Below are positions 45,427 through 55,263 of a stretch of 64,000 nt of DNA, one piece after another. The notes under the pieces were generated by a model that was not told the DNA's origin, searched no databases, and saw only the letters and a list, made by a program, of their open reading frames with translations. A program made the position numbers and the translations under genes. Origin of the DNA: an uncultured Lachnospiraceae bacterium (GTDB taxonomy: Bacteria > Bacillota > Clostridia > Lachnospirales > Lachnospiraceae); the NCBI GenBank assembly GCA_950087855.1, contig CATNAD010000005.1:7816-71815 (forward strand). The letters are read 5' to 3'. Positions within the stretch are counted from its first letter, which is position 1. Each line of letters begins with the position of its first letter.

Positions 45427-47328
45427 ATGGGAAACATTACCATGCTTGTGCTTGTGGCGGCCATCATGCTTGGCTCCCTGGGGGGAATCTCATTGATTGC
45501 TCACATGTACACCTTGAATATCAAGAATAAGACCGTCGGAAACGGCCAGCACGGGACCGCAAGATGGGCGGCCAAAGCGGAAATCCGGGAGACCTATCAA
45601 CACGTCCCTTTTGAACCGGAGCTGTGGCGGAGGGGGAAACATCTTCCCACGGCCCAGGGGATTGTGGTGGGCTGTACAACTTCTAAAGGGAGAACGACAG
45701 CCCTTGTTGATACCGGCGACGTCCATGTATTGATGATCGGTGCGGCAGGCGTCGGAAAAACCGCTTACTGGCTTTATCCCTGCATTGAGTATGCCTGCGC
45801 CTCCGGAATGAGCTTCCTTTCCACCGACACCAAGGGAGACGTCATGCGGAACTATGGAACCATCTGCAGGGAGTATTATGGGTATCATGTATCGGTGATT
45901 GACCTTAGAAATCCCACCCGGTCAAATGGAAACAACCTGTTACACCTGGTCAACAAATATATGGATTTGTATCAGGCGAACCCGGACATTCTGGTTTACA
46001 AAGCCAAAGCGGAAAAGTATGCAAAGATTATCTCAAAGACCATTATTCTTTCCGGCATGGACGCCGTCTCCTTTGGGCAGAACGCATATTTCTATGACGC
46101 TGCCGAAGGGCTGCTGACGGCAACCATTTTGCTGGTGGCGGAATTTTGCGAACCGAAAAAACGTCATATCGTGTCCGTGTTTAAAATCATTCAGGAGCTG
46201 CTTGCCCCGTCCCAGAAGAAGGGCAAGAACCAGTTCCAGCAGCTCATGGAACTGCTCCCCAATGACCACAAGGCGAAATGGTTTGCCGGAGCCGCTCTGA
46301 ACACGGCGGAGCAGAGTATGGCCAGTGTCATGAGTACGGCACTGTCCAGACTGAATTCCTTTCTGGACTCGGAGCTGGAACAGCTTTTATGCTTTGACAC
46401 GGAGATTGACGCAGAGAAGTTCTGCAGGGAAAAGTCCGCCATTTTTGTCATCATGCCGGAGGAGAATCCCAATACCTTCTTTATGATCAGCTTAATCATT
46501 CAGCAGCTATACCGGGAGATCCTGGCGGTCGCCGACGAGCAGGGAGGGAAGCTTGCGAACCGCTGCGTGTTCTTCTGTGATGAATTCGGGACCCTGCCGA
46601 AGATAGAATCCGCTGAGATGATGTTTTCTGCTTCCAGGAGTAGGCGGCTGCAGATCGTACCGATCATCCAGTCCTTTGCCCAGCTTGATAAAAATTATGG
46701 CAAGGAGGGGGCGGAGATCATTGTTGACAATACACAGCTCACCCTGTTTGGCGGTTTTGCCCCAAACAGCAGCTCCGCAGAGATCCTCTCCAAAGCCCTG
46801 GGCAGCCGCACCGTTATGTCCGGTTCCGTCAGCCGCTCCAAAAACGATCCGTCCCAGTCGCTGCAGATGATGGAGCGGCCGCTACTGACACCGGACGAAC
46901 TCAAATCCATGCCGAAGGGACAGTTTGTGGTAATGAAAACCGGAGTCCATCCCATGCGGGTAAAGCTAAAGTTATTCTTCCAATGGGGAATCCAGTTTGA
47001 TGAGAACAACCCATATGCCATAGAGGACAATGGCGGCAGGACGGTGGAGTATGCGGAGAAAAAGGAAATCATGGACGGTATTGTCCGGAAATACCATCCG
47101 GATTGGCTGGAGGAGCTCCCATCGGCGGAGGAGCAAGGAGGAGGCGGACAGGGTCACGCACAGGGCTCAGGAAACGATCAGCAATTTAAATTATCCGTAA
47201 AACCTCCTGAGAAGAAAAGCAGAACAGGTGGTATGAATTTAGTTCCTCCAAGCCGCAGACACATACCGCCTGAAAACGGATCAGAGAGACCTCAGTTCAC
47301 AGAAAAATGGCAGGAGGGTGAAAGCTGA
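45427..47328 (+). CDS. Type IV coupling protein (VirD4/TraG family)
   Basis: N-terminal TM helices, Walker A GAAGVGKT and Walker-B-like VFFCDEFG. Confidence 0.9.
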   Translation: MGNITMLVLVAAIMLGSLGGISLIAHMYTLNIKNKTVGNGQHGTARWAAKAEIRETYQHVPFEPELWRRGKHLPTAQGIVVGCTTSKGRTTALVDTGDVHVLMIGAAGVGKTAYWLYPCIEYACASGMSFLSTDTKGDVMRNYGTICREYYGYHVSVIDLRNPTRSNGNNLLHLVNKYMDLYQANPDILVYKAKAEKYAKIISKTIILSGMDAVSFGQNAYFYDAAEGLLTATILLVAEFCEPKKRHIVSVFKIIQELLAPSQKKGKNQFQQLMELLPNDHKAKWFAGAALNTAEQSMASVMSTALSRLNSFLDSELEQLLCFDTEIDAEKFCREKSAIFVIMPEENPNTFFMISLIIQQLYREILAVADEQGGKLANRCVFFCDEFGTLPKIESAEMMFSASRSRRLQIVPIIQSFAQLDKNYGKEGAEIIVDNTQLTLFGGFAPNSSSAEILSKALGSRTVMSGSVSRSKNDPSQSLQMMERPLLTPDELKSMPKGQFVVMKTGVHPMRVKLKLFFQWGIQFDENNPYAIEDNGGRTVEYAEKKEIMDGIVRKYHPDWLEELPSAEEQGGGGQGHAQGSGNDQQFKLSVKPPEKKSRTGGMNLVPPSRRHIPPENGSERPQFTEKWQEGES

Positions 47329-47588
47329 TGGGCAGATTGGATTTCTTATACCGCATGGAACTTCCGCACCGTGCGGTAGTGGTTTATATGTATCTTGCAG
47401 ACCGGGCAAACAAAGATGGGGAATGCTGGCCGGCCATTCCCAGGATAGCGGCAGAATTAAAGCTGTCGCAGTCCACCGTCCGCAGAGCCTTAAAAGATTT
47501 GCGGAAAGAGGGCCTGCTGGAAACGGAGCAAAGATACCGGACGAAAGGCGGCAAGAGCAGCCTGCTTTATAAAATCCAAAGAAAATAG
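47328..47588 (+). CDS. Winged-helix DNA-binding protein
   Basis: AVVVYMYLADRANKDGECWPAIPRIAAELKLSQSTVRRALKDLRKEGLL is wHTH-like. ATGA-type overlap with the T4CP stop. Confidence 0.65.
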   Translation: MGRLDFLYRMELPHRAVVVYMYLADRANKDGECWPAIPRIAAELKLSQSTVRRALKDLRKEGLLETEQRYRTKGGKSSLLYKIQRK

Positions 47589-47926
47589 TAAATGTCCGAG
47601 CCACCATCTGCCACCAGGGGAAAACTATGGCCTTTTGGTGGCAGGTGGTACCTGGCATGGTGGGAGGGGAAGGGAACCTATCACTTGAAGAGGTGTTACG
47701 GCAGAAAAAAGGAACAGAAACAGATTGCTTTATCGTTCTCGAAGCTCCAGAAGATCAGAAATGTCACAGTCCAAATATTCGCACAGTTTCTTGGAAAAAA
47801 TTTAATGATTTGACATTATTTTGTTTTACCGCAGATGATTACAAAGAAATTGAAAAAAAGCTAAGATACAGATATAATGACAGGCATAGAGTGTGAGCTT
47901 ATGCGAATCTATGGGAGGTTTTGACC

Positions 47927-48634
47927 ATGATAACCGTTTCCATTTGTGAAGATGAAACTTATTTTATGTCTGAACTGAGAAAATTATTAAATGAGTATTG
48001 CAGTTTACGGGAAATCCAGACATCCATATTGACGTTTTCCAACGGAGAAGAACTCCTGGCGTCCAATCGAGTGTCAGACATTATTTTGATGGATATCAAG
48101 CTTCCGGGTGACAATGGGATGAAAACCGTCCAGCGGTTGCGGGATATCGGCAATCATAGTCAGGTGATTTTTGTCACTTCGTTTCAGCAGTATGTGTTTC
48201 GGGCATTCGACGTAGATGCTGTCCACTATATTCTTAAACCAATATCGGCCGGGAAATTGTTTCCCGCCATGGATAAGGCGATAAAACGCATATCCTTAAA
48301 CAGCGGGAAAACATTCTTGATTACAAATGGAACCGCTGCGTCCAGGATACCGCTTGGAGATATCATTTATTGCGAGGCGCTGAATCATCAGATCACAATT
48401 CATACGCTGGCAGAACGATTCCAGTTTTTTGGAACTCTGGATTCTGTGCAGGAAAAATTAGATGATCGATTTTTTCGCTGTCACAGAAGCTACATTGCCA
48501 ATATGGAACATGTGACGGATAAACAGCCGGGTATTGCGGTTATGGCCGGAGGGGGCAGGGTACTGATTGCCAGGCGAAAACAGTCGGAGTTTACCAGGAA
48601 ATTGTTAGAGATTTGCAGAAAGGGATTGGTCTGA
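47927..48634 (+). CDS. LytR/AlgR (LytTR) family response regulator
   Basis: The receiver domain (ICEDE...ILMDIKLPGDNG) is followed by a LytTR domain (IIYCEALNHQITIHT...FFRCHRSYIAN). The ATG at 47927 sits 9 nt after GGGAGG. Confidence 0.9.
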   Translation: MITVSICEDETYFMSELRKLLNEYCSLREIQTSILTFSNGEELLASNRVSDIILMDIKLPGDNGMKTVQRLRDIGNHSQVIFVTSFQQYVFRAFDVDAVHYILKPISAGKLFPAMDKAIKRISLNSGKTFLITNGTAASRIPLGDIIYCEALNHQITIHTLAERFQFFGTLDSVQEKLDDRFFRCHRSYIANMEHVTDKQPGIAVMAGGGRVLIARRKQSEFTRKLLEICRKGLV

Positions 48635-49911
48635 TGGCGACATGGCTGCTTTTTTGTGGTTGGTATGTAGTAGAGAACTGTTTTGTCAATTATTGTATTT
48701 TTAATTTTTTGCTCTGCGTCACACAAAAAAATGGTAAAAAGTATCTTCCAGTCTGGCTTTTCATCAACGGCTTGATCACATTGCTTGCGGCTTTGTTCCA
48801 GTTTCCGGGCGCATTCTTTATTCATGTCCTGATCTTGTTTGTTTTTGCGAGGGCTGTGCTTAACATCCAAAAATCTGAGCTTATCGTTCCACTCACCATT
48901 ATTTTTACGTTCTACACATTGATGGAAGGCTATTCCGTATTTATCATGTCATGGATATCATCCAATTTTCATTCTCCCACAGGTGGGAAACTGGAACAGG
49001 TCTTGATTCCACTGTTATTGGATATACTGTTCTTCTGTGTGTTGAAAATTATTGAGAAAAGATATTCGTATACTTTGCAGCGGTCTATTTCGTCCTATCT
49101 GTATATTCTTCTGCTGCCATGTTCGCTGGTCGTTTTGACTATACGGTATGGACTTAAGCTGGATGGTCATAATTTTGAGCAGTATCTTTCTTTTTTGGGA
49201 GCAGATGTCAGAATTGTGGTGCTTGTGACAATGCTGGGAGCGGGTATCATTGCTTTCATAATGATTGAATTCTTGTGCAAAATCATCCAGCTGACCGAAC
49301 AGGAGAAAGCGGTGGCTCTGCTCCGTGGCCAGTTGGACGGGCAAAAGGTTTACATTGAAGAGGCAAAAAAGCGCAACGAATTATATGCCTCGTTTCAGCA
49401 TGACATCGACAATCATCTGCTGGTTATATCTGGCCTGCTCCATGATAAGCGATTCGCACAGGCGGAACAATATACAAAAAAACTGCATATTCGTTGTGGA
49501 GAATTGCTCGTGAGTATATCTACGGGGAAAGCAAGTCTGGATGTCTTGTTGAAGGAAAAATTGAGCTATGCGGAGCAGAATCATATTGCGACAGTGTACG
49601 ATGTGATGGTTTCAGAGGATTTTGGTATAGACGATATGGATCTGTGCGTACTTTTTTCTAACATCCTGGATAATGCGATTACAGCCTGTAAAGAAGGCAC
49701 ACAGGAAGAACGGAAGTTATCTATAACTGCCAAAATAAAATCAAAATTTTTGATTATTGAAGCAGTGAATACGACCAGCGCCTGTCTGCCGGTCACGCCG
49801 GGGACAGGTCTGATGAATATTCAGCATATTGTGGACAAGTATCGCGGTACGATGGAAACAGAACTTGGCAGCGGAAATTACAGAATCAGCGTCCTGCTCT
49901 GTTCACGTTAA
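48634..49911 (+). CDS. AgrC/HPK10-like GHKL sensor histidine kinase with polytopic sensor domain
   Basis: About 6 N-terminal TM helices, H-box FQHDIDNHL, N-box NILDNAITA and G-box GTGLMNI. The start overlaps the regulator stop (TGATG). Confidence 0.8.
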   Translation: MATWLLFCGWYVVENCFVNYCIFNFLLCVTQKNGKKYLPVWLFINGLITLLAALFQFPGAFFIHVLILFVFARAVLNIQKSELIVPLTIIFTFYTLMEGYSVFIMSWISSNFHSPTGGKLEQVLIPLLLDILFFCVLKIIEKRYSYTLQRSISSYLYILLLPCSLVVLTIRYGLKLDGHNFEQYLSFLGADVRIVVLVTMLGAGIIAFIMIEFLCKIIQLTEQEKAVALLRGQLDGQKVYIEEAKKRNELYASFQHDIDNHLLVISGLLHDKRFAQAEQYTKKLHIRCGELLVSISTGKASLDVLLKEKLSYAEQNHIATVYDVMVSEDFGIDDMDLCVLFSNILDNAITACKEGTQEERKLSITAKIKSKFLIIEAVNTTSACLPVTPGTGLMNIQHIVDKYRGTMETELGSGNYRISVLLCSR

Positions 49912-50062
49912 TTGTGACTGATATCTGGCAATACCATTCACGAATTAAAAGCAACCGTTTATGTTATGCCTCTTTTTTCTGTGCTTTTTTGTTCGATACA
50001 CGGATTATAAGCATACAGGGTATTTTCATAATACGACTTTTAGAAAACGGAGGTTTATCATT

Positions 50063-50488
50063 ATGGCATTGCAGATACGTCCTGATTATGTAAACCCGTT
50101 GACTTTGCCGGCAGATAAAAAAGAATCTCCCAGGCTGGGGCAGTCCATCGCAGGGCAGAGCGGGCAAACAGACGAGGTGACAGAACTTAGGAACAAGAAA
50201 CAGCAGCTTCAGACTCAAATGCTTCTTCTTAAAGCGACAGGTACCGACGGTGCCGGCACTACGGAAGAAACCCAAAAAGTAGTTGAAGAGGAACTGGAGA
50301 GGGTGGCTGCCGAATTGCGAGACGCCAAAGGGGACGGTATACAAACTGGGAAGCAGACGGAGGAAGCCCGGCCTGATTCTCGGTTTATTGCCGTAAGGCG
50401 CAGATGGGATTTGTATGAACCTGAAAGAGAAGACACTGCTTCTTCAAGTATTTATCGGATTGAGAAGGATGGTAAAATTCGCATGTGA
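50063..50488 (+). CDS. Hypothetical protein (FlxA-like Gln-rich coiled segment)
   Basis: 141 aa. The ATG at 50063 follows an ACGGAGG RBS. ELRNKKQQLQTQMLLLK is a coiled segment. Confidence 0.45.
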   Translation: MALQIRPDYVNPLTLPADKKESPRLGQSIAGQSGQTDEVTELRNKKQQLQTQMLLLKATGTDGAGTTEETQKVVEEELERVAAELRDAKGDGIQTGKQTEEARPDSRFIAVRRRWDLYEPEREDTASSSIYRIEKDGKIRM

Positions 50489-50555
50489 ACCATTCATCCA
50501 ATTTGGGTTTAGGCGATATGTCTTTTGGTTTAAGTCAGGCAAAGGAGAATGAGTT

Positions 50556-52010
50556 ATGAAGAAAAAATTGGCAGCGGGCTTGATGGCTTTGGCAATGTTA
50601 TTTTCCAGTGGCTTTTGTATTGCAAGGGCGGCGGAGCCTCAAGAGAAGGGTTCTGCGGAGTATGGTTTTGTAGAATTGCCGGAGAAAACACAGATATTAG
50701 AAACGGAGGCAGAAAATCCGTCAAATGCCAACGTCATGGAAAGATCTTATGACGGTCAGTTTTATGTGGCGAATGATGGAATAAGCAGTTATTCGTCAGA
50801 AACGGAGGGCGTGCCGAATACTGATCCGAATAACCCGTATGTGGTGGTGAATAATACGGTCACGCCAGGGACCATTTCGGCTGCCGGTGAAATGAGATGG
50901 TATGCTTTTGTGATGAATGAGAGAGGTAAAGCGACCATATACCTGCAGATAGCAGAAGAATTGGATGCGGATCTTTATGTATTTGCATTAAACGACGAAA
51001 CCTCTCAGTTGGAAATGATTGGTGGAAGTGCTGTTGAGGGAAAAGGTGCGGCAGAGCTTTACAAAGGAGTATTAGACACAGGAATTTACTTTTTTGCGGT
51101 TGGCGGATACGAAGGTGTCGGTGATTTCAAGGTTGCATTTTTGCAGAGTACTGTAGATGCAGGGTATGAAGTGAATGATTCCTTTGTAACAGCGGCAGTG
51201 GTAGGACTGAACCAGGACATCGTCGGAGTAATTGATTCTCCATGGGATATGGATTTCTACCAGTTTACGATAACTGAAACTACGGTTATACAATATTCTA
51301 TTGCGTCAACAGATGGTTATCGGTTACTGTTTGGCGGAGATTCCAATGGTAGTACGGAAGTTGGCGTCATAGATGCCGATTCCAAAACCTATAAATTCCG
51401 GCCAGGAACGTATTTCTTTGCGGTAGTTTCATCAGGTGGGACATATTCAACCGACAGTACTTATACAGCGAGTTTTAGAAAAATAGCTAAAGCATATCCA
51501 GATATTTTGCCGAATACGTGGTGGAATGCAGAAGCAGGTATTATATATGAAGCCAGTGCTGATTATACTGAGAATTATGTGAATGGAAATTCGATTGACA
51601 TTAGCTATTCTTACCAGAAAGATTATTCAAATAGTGCCGGGATACAAACTTATGACATAGGGATAGACACGAACAAACATCATTATGCTGCATGTGATGG
51701 CGTTAATTATGGGCCGATAGGGGCGTATTATTGGACTTCTACCCATCCAATCAAAAATGTTAGCAGCAGACCGGCATTGATTTTGACATTTGTTTCGACC
51801 TCAGATGATTTTTACAGAATACATTGCAAAGGGACGGGACCTTATGTTCAGAATACGTTTTGGGAGTCGACGAACAACGTTACTGTTATGATTGATCCGG
51901 AAAGTGGAGATCTGATTGATATCGTGGAATATAATTATTTCTATCATTGGAATCCTGGCAGCAATGTGTTACGGTATTCCACACCTTATATAATGAAAAA
52001 GGTAAAGTGA
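50556..52010 (+). CDS. Secreted protein with two pre-peptidase C-terminal (PPC)-like domains and an unknown C-terminal domain
   Basis: Signal peptide MKKKLAAGLMALAMLFSSGFCIARA. GTISAAGEMRWYAFVM...DADLYVF and IDSPWDMDFYQFTI resemble PPC/collagenase-type beta-sandwich motifs. Confidence 0.6.
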   Translation: MKKKLAAGLMALAMLFSSGFCIARAAEPQEKGSAEYGFVELPEKTQILETEAENPSNANVMERSYDGQFYVANDGISSYSSETEGVPNTDPNNPYVVVNNTVTPGTISAAGEMRWYAFVMNERGKATIYLQIAEELDADLYVFALNDETSQLEMIGGSAVEGKGAAELYKGVLDTGIYFFAVGGYEGVGDFKVAFLQSTVDAGYEVNDSFVTAAVVGLNQDIVGVIDSPWDMDFYQFTITETTVIQYSIASTDGYRLLFGGDSNGSTEVGVIDADSKTYKFRPGTYFFAVVSSGGTYSTDSTYTASFRKIAKAYPDILPNTWWNAEAGIIYEASADYTENYVNGNSIDISYSYQKDYSNSAGIQTYDIGIDTNKHHYAACDGVNYGPIGAYYWTSTHPIKNVSSRPALILTFVSTSDDFYRIHCKGTGPYVQNTFWESTNNVTVMIDPESGDLIDIVEYNYFYHWNPGSNVLRYSTPYIMKKVK

Positions 52011-52179
52011 TAAAAAGATAAAAGTAGTATACCTGTGGGTATCCTGCAGTGGCTGAGTGACTTTTTTTAGAAGGGATACCTACAGGTGTTTTATCATGAT
52101 TGCCTGTTCTTATTGAAAACCTTTTGTAAAAATAGCAGTCTGCTGAGTGGGCAAAACAGAAAAGGGAGACCGAAAATAT

Positions 52180-52998
52180 ATGAAAATTATTATCGGTAAT
52201 GACTGGAAAACGGTTGAAATGGTAAAGGCGTTCAGGGAATACGATCCTATGAAAGATAAAAATTTGACTGTAACGGAAGAGAAGAAGAGCCTGAGAGATA
52301 TCTATCCGGATATGCCTGCGGTAAAATTGAAAATTTCTGAGGAAGGGATGGAGAGCCTGAGAGCTCGTGCACAGGAACTTGGGGGACGTTATGAGCCGGA
52401 AGATTTTGAACCGGCAATTATTTCTGTCGATTATTCCCATCTGTTTCGCCAGAAACTGAATACCTGGACATATGGAGAAGGCTATACTTTTAAAGATAAA
52501 GAGGCAGATTTGGTGCAGGCATATGGAAAACTATATGATGAGATTGTCCGGGGACATGAGAGCGGCCAAAGAGAAATTTATGTGGAAACGCCCGGAGGGG
52601 AAGAGAGAGCCCGTAAGATCACCCTATCCGAGGAATTGGCGTGCCTTGATGAAGCATTTAAAGAATATTCAGATCGTTTGAGGGAGGATATCGCAAAGGC
52701 ACCAGAAATGACAGTACTTAAAGAGAAACAGACCGAGTTCCTATCAAAGGCTTCAGAATCCAAGGGATTTCATATGAGAATGTCGAAGCTTTATTCAAGC
52801 ATTGCAGAGAAGTCCAAGGAAGAGGAACTGGCGAAAGAAAAAGTAAAACGGGAACAGGAGAACCGTATAAAAGATGAAACGGTTCCGGAAAATATAGCTG
52901 AGAAAATGGCATCGGCAGTTCAGGAATTCATAGCGCAGTACATGGGCGGAAGTATAAAATCGGTCGCTGATATACTTGCAAGTATCAAGATGTTTTAA
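52180..52998 (+). CDS. Hypothetical protein
   Basis: 272-aa ORF with an AAGGGAGA RBS and a charged, helical composition. No motif recognised. Confidence 0.5.
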   Translation: MKIIIGNDWKTVEMVKAFREYDPMKDKNLTVTEEKKSLRDIYPDMPAVKLKISEEGMESLRARAQELGGRYEPEDFEPAIISVDYSHLFRQKLNTWTYGEGYTFKDKEADLVQAYGKLYDEIVRGHESGQREIYVETPGGEERARKITLSEELACLDEAFKEYSDRLREDIAKAPEMTVLKEKQTEFLSKASESKGFHMRMSKLYSSIAEKSKEEELAKEKVKREQENRIKDETVPENIAEKMASAVQEFIAQYMGGSIKSVADILASIKMF

Positions 52999-53069
52999 GT
53001 CTTCTGATCTATTGTTCGTTTATGGATTTAATTGAGGTAGCCAAATAGGTTCCTAAACCGATTGGAAGG

Positions 53070-53103
53070 GAGCTGTTGCATTAGTGTGACAGCTCTAATT
53101 TTT
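53070..53103 (+). terminator. Possible terminator of the cargo module
   Basis: Stem GAGCTGT (53070-53076) / ACAGCTC (53089-53095) followed by TAATTTTTA. Confidence 0.4.
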
Positions 53104-53416
53104 ATGCTGGAAAAACCAAAGGAGAATCCCTGACAAAGAGGGCTTTAACTACAGAGAGGGAAGTAGATATTGTGTATTTCAGAATAGAATAAAGATGATT
53201 ACGGGCTGTGCTCATGCAAGTGAGTTGCAGCTCGTTTTTTATATCTTTTATATCATATGCCATCATGACTATTTATGGATTAATAACCAGATTAGAGAAA
53301 TTAATGATTCAATTATCGGTGAATTAGAGATTATTAATTTTTCTATTTCCGCCAGATGTCGCAGTCCTCCGACTCAATCGTTTTGAAATGAAAAAGATTG
53401 ATCGGAGGAAGGATAA

Positions 53417-53926
53417 ATGAGACATGAACCGAAAAAGGTTTTTATTTTGGAAGATGGAACATACAAAGAATTATCTTATCAAGAGTTTTCTGATCAGTGT
53501 GAGTTAGCTGCTCCTTCTTCAAAAAGATACTTTCTTCCCCTGCATGGAATGTTGATGGAAGTCAGTAAAGAGACCTATAAGGATTTTTATGGAGCCAGAC
53601 GACGTCAGAAATACCTGAGAGAGTGTTCTATAGAAAATGGTGAAATTTCTTATGACTTACTTACAACCGGAGATTTAAAGGGGGAGGATATTCTTGTTGA
53701 CGAATCGCAGGATGTGGGAGAAGAGGCTGTGAATCGGATCATGCTGGACAAGCTTAGCGAAGCAATTCATTGCCTGTCAGATGATGAACTGGAAGTTATT
53801 TATGCATTGTTTTATGAAGACCTGACAGAAAGAGAGTATGCCGACAGAAAAGGCGTTTACCGTAATGCTGTTCACAAGAGAAAAGTTCGGATTTTGACCA
53901 AATTAAAAAAAATCATGGGATTTTAA
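53417..53926 (+). CDS. Sigma-70 region-4-containing regulator (ICE-associated ECF-like sigma factor)
   Basis: The C-terminal LSDDELEVIYALFYEDLTEREYADRKGVYRNAVHKRKVRILTKLKK is a typical region 4.2 HTH. GGAGGAAGGA RBS. Confidence 0.7.
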   Translation: MRHEPKKVFILEDGTYKELSYQEFSDQCELAAPSSKRYFLPLHGMLMEVSKETYKDFYGARRRQKYLRECSIENGEISYDLLTTGDLKGEDILVDESQDVGEEAVNRIMLDKLSEAIHCLSDDELEVIYALFYEDLTEREYADRKGVYRNAVHKRKVRILTKLKKIMGF

Positions 53927-54464
53927 AATTTAGGGTGTGCAATATTCTCATTTTTCGGCATGGAAAGTGAGGGGCTTTTTTCCTCTTGTTCCTTGACAAT
54001 TTCATAGTACAGCGCATCTTTTACCTTCCCTCTGCTGTCGGCAAAACCGGCAAGCCACAGGAGCGGACATAGCAGAATTTATTTGAAAGATTCTTTCATT
54101 TGCTGTGTCCAGGATTCCGACGTTGCAGCGCATCTGTAGCGAAGGCGATGACAGGCAGAGGTATTAATGATACTTGCGTCCGGTCCGAAGGTCTGATTTT
54201 TCTGTGTTAGATTGTGTACACAGAAGGACGGATTTCAGGAGGGCGCCTCGCAGAGATCCTGGGAGTGGTGGGATTCCAATGAGGCCAAATGCATGGCCGG
54301 AAGGTGCGTTCCCAAAGGGATAAGAAGTTCCCTGCCGAGGGATGTCGTGGACAAATATCGGCAGAAAAACAAAACGATTGATACAGGGACTACAGGCAGC
54401 CGTTTGCCGGAAAAGGAAAACGGCTGCCGTTACTTAACAAAATGACAGAAAACGGAGAAGCAAC

Positions 54465-54869
54465 ATGAATCAGGAAAAAATCAATGCAGTTAAGAAAATG
54501 ATGATGGACAGTGACGGCCGCCTTGGATATGTGTATCTCTATCCTTTGGATGGTGGAGAGAGAAAAGAATTCCTTTTTGAAATGACGCCGGAAAACATTG
54601 CGAATTTTATCGGTTCTCATCAGTGGGATACAGAAAAAATAATATTGACCGATATGCTGGATCGACTGCTCTTGGAAACAACAGGAGGTTTTATTTTTGA
54701 CTGCCCCGATCAGAATCTGTGCAGGGAGATTATTTCCTTCCTGGCTCCGATCCAGATGGGAGAAAGGGAAGCGAAACCATTTCCGATTATCAGCAACGAT
54801 GATTATGAAGAATACTGCAGGTTAGAAGATGTGGAAGTAACAGCGGCAGAATTGGGAATGCAGTTGTGA
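54465..54869 (+). CDS. Hypothetical protein immediately upstream of mazF (candidate non-canonical antitoxin)
   Basis: 134-aa acidic ORF ending 13 nt before the MazF start. It has no AbrB or RHH signature. Confidence 0.5.
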   Translation: MNQEKINAVKKMMMDSDGRLGYVYLYPLDGGERKEFLFEMTPENIANFIGSHQWDTEKIILTDMLDRLLLETTGGFIFDCPDQNLCREIISFLAPIQMGEREAKPFPIISNDDYEEYCRLEDVEVTAAELGMQL

Positions 54870-54882
54870 CGGGAGAATGTTC

Positions 54883-55218
54883 ATGGAAATTAGGCGAGGC
54901 GATATTTATTATGCGGATTTAAGGCCCGTTACTGGGAGCGAACAGGGAGGGATTCGGCCGGTCCTGCTGATTCAGAATGATGTGGGAAATCATTACAGTC
55001 CTACGGTGATCGTGGCGGCCATTACCGGCAGAAAAAAGCGGTGGATGCCAACCCATGTGAGTCTTTCCCGGCAGGAAGGGCTGTCAAGGAAGTCGTTTGT
55101 CATGTTGGAGCAAATCCGGACCATTGACCGCACACGGCTGGTCCGGTATGTCGGGAGTCTGGATGAATACAGCATGAAATCCGTTGACGCTGCGCTGGCG
55201 GTCAGTTTGGGACTGTAA
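54883..55218 (+). CDS. MazF/PemK-family type II toxin endoribonuclease
   Basis: [33 protein letters not shown]...[10 protein letters not shown]...THV...[16 protein letters not shown] is a canonical MazF/PemK pattern. An alternative ATG at 54877 lies too close to the RBS. Confidence 0.9.
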   Translation: MEIRRGDIYYADLRPVTGSEQGGIRPVLLIQNDVGNHYSPTVIVAAITGRKKRWMPTHVSLSRQEGLSRKSFVMLEQIRTIDRTRLVRYVGSLDEYSMKSVDAALAVSLGL

Positions 55219-55263
55219 CGGGGACTGTCATGTTAGCGATAACAGACAGAACAGGAGAGGAGC

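Noticed and set aside
47592-47896. ORFs 47592-47813 and 47627-47896, and tiny 9-15-codon ORFs, as candidate autoinducer pre-peptides for the AgrC-like kinase.
   Set aside because: None has an RBS, an amphipathic AgrD-like leader or a double-glycine leader. They cannot be supported by eye and are left as an open question in the findings.
53195-53386. 63-aa ORF upstream of the sigma-factor gene.
   Set aside because: It is an AT-rich intergenic region with no RBS and an implausible, Ile/Cys-rich sequence. This is more likely promoter DNA.
54212-54445. 77-aa ORF in the long spacer upstream of the MazF operon.
   Set aside because: It has no RBS, an odd Trp/Cys/Arg-rich composition, and ends inside a strong hairpin. 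The region is treated as non-coding leader or possible sRNA instead.
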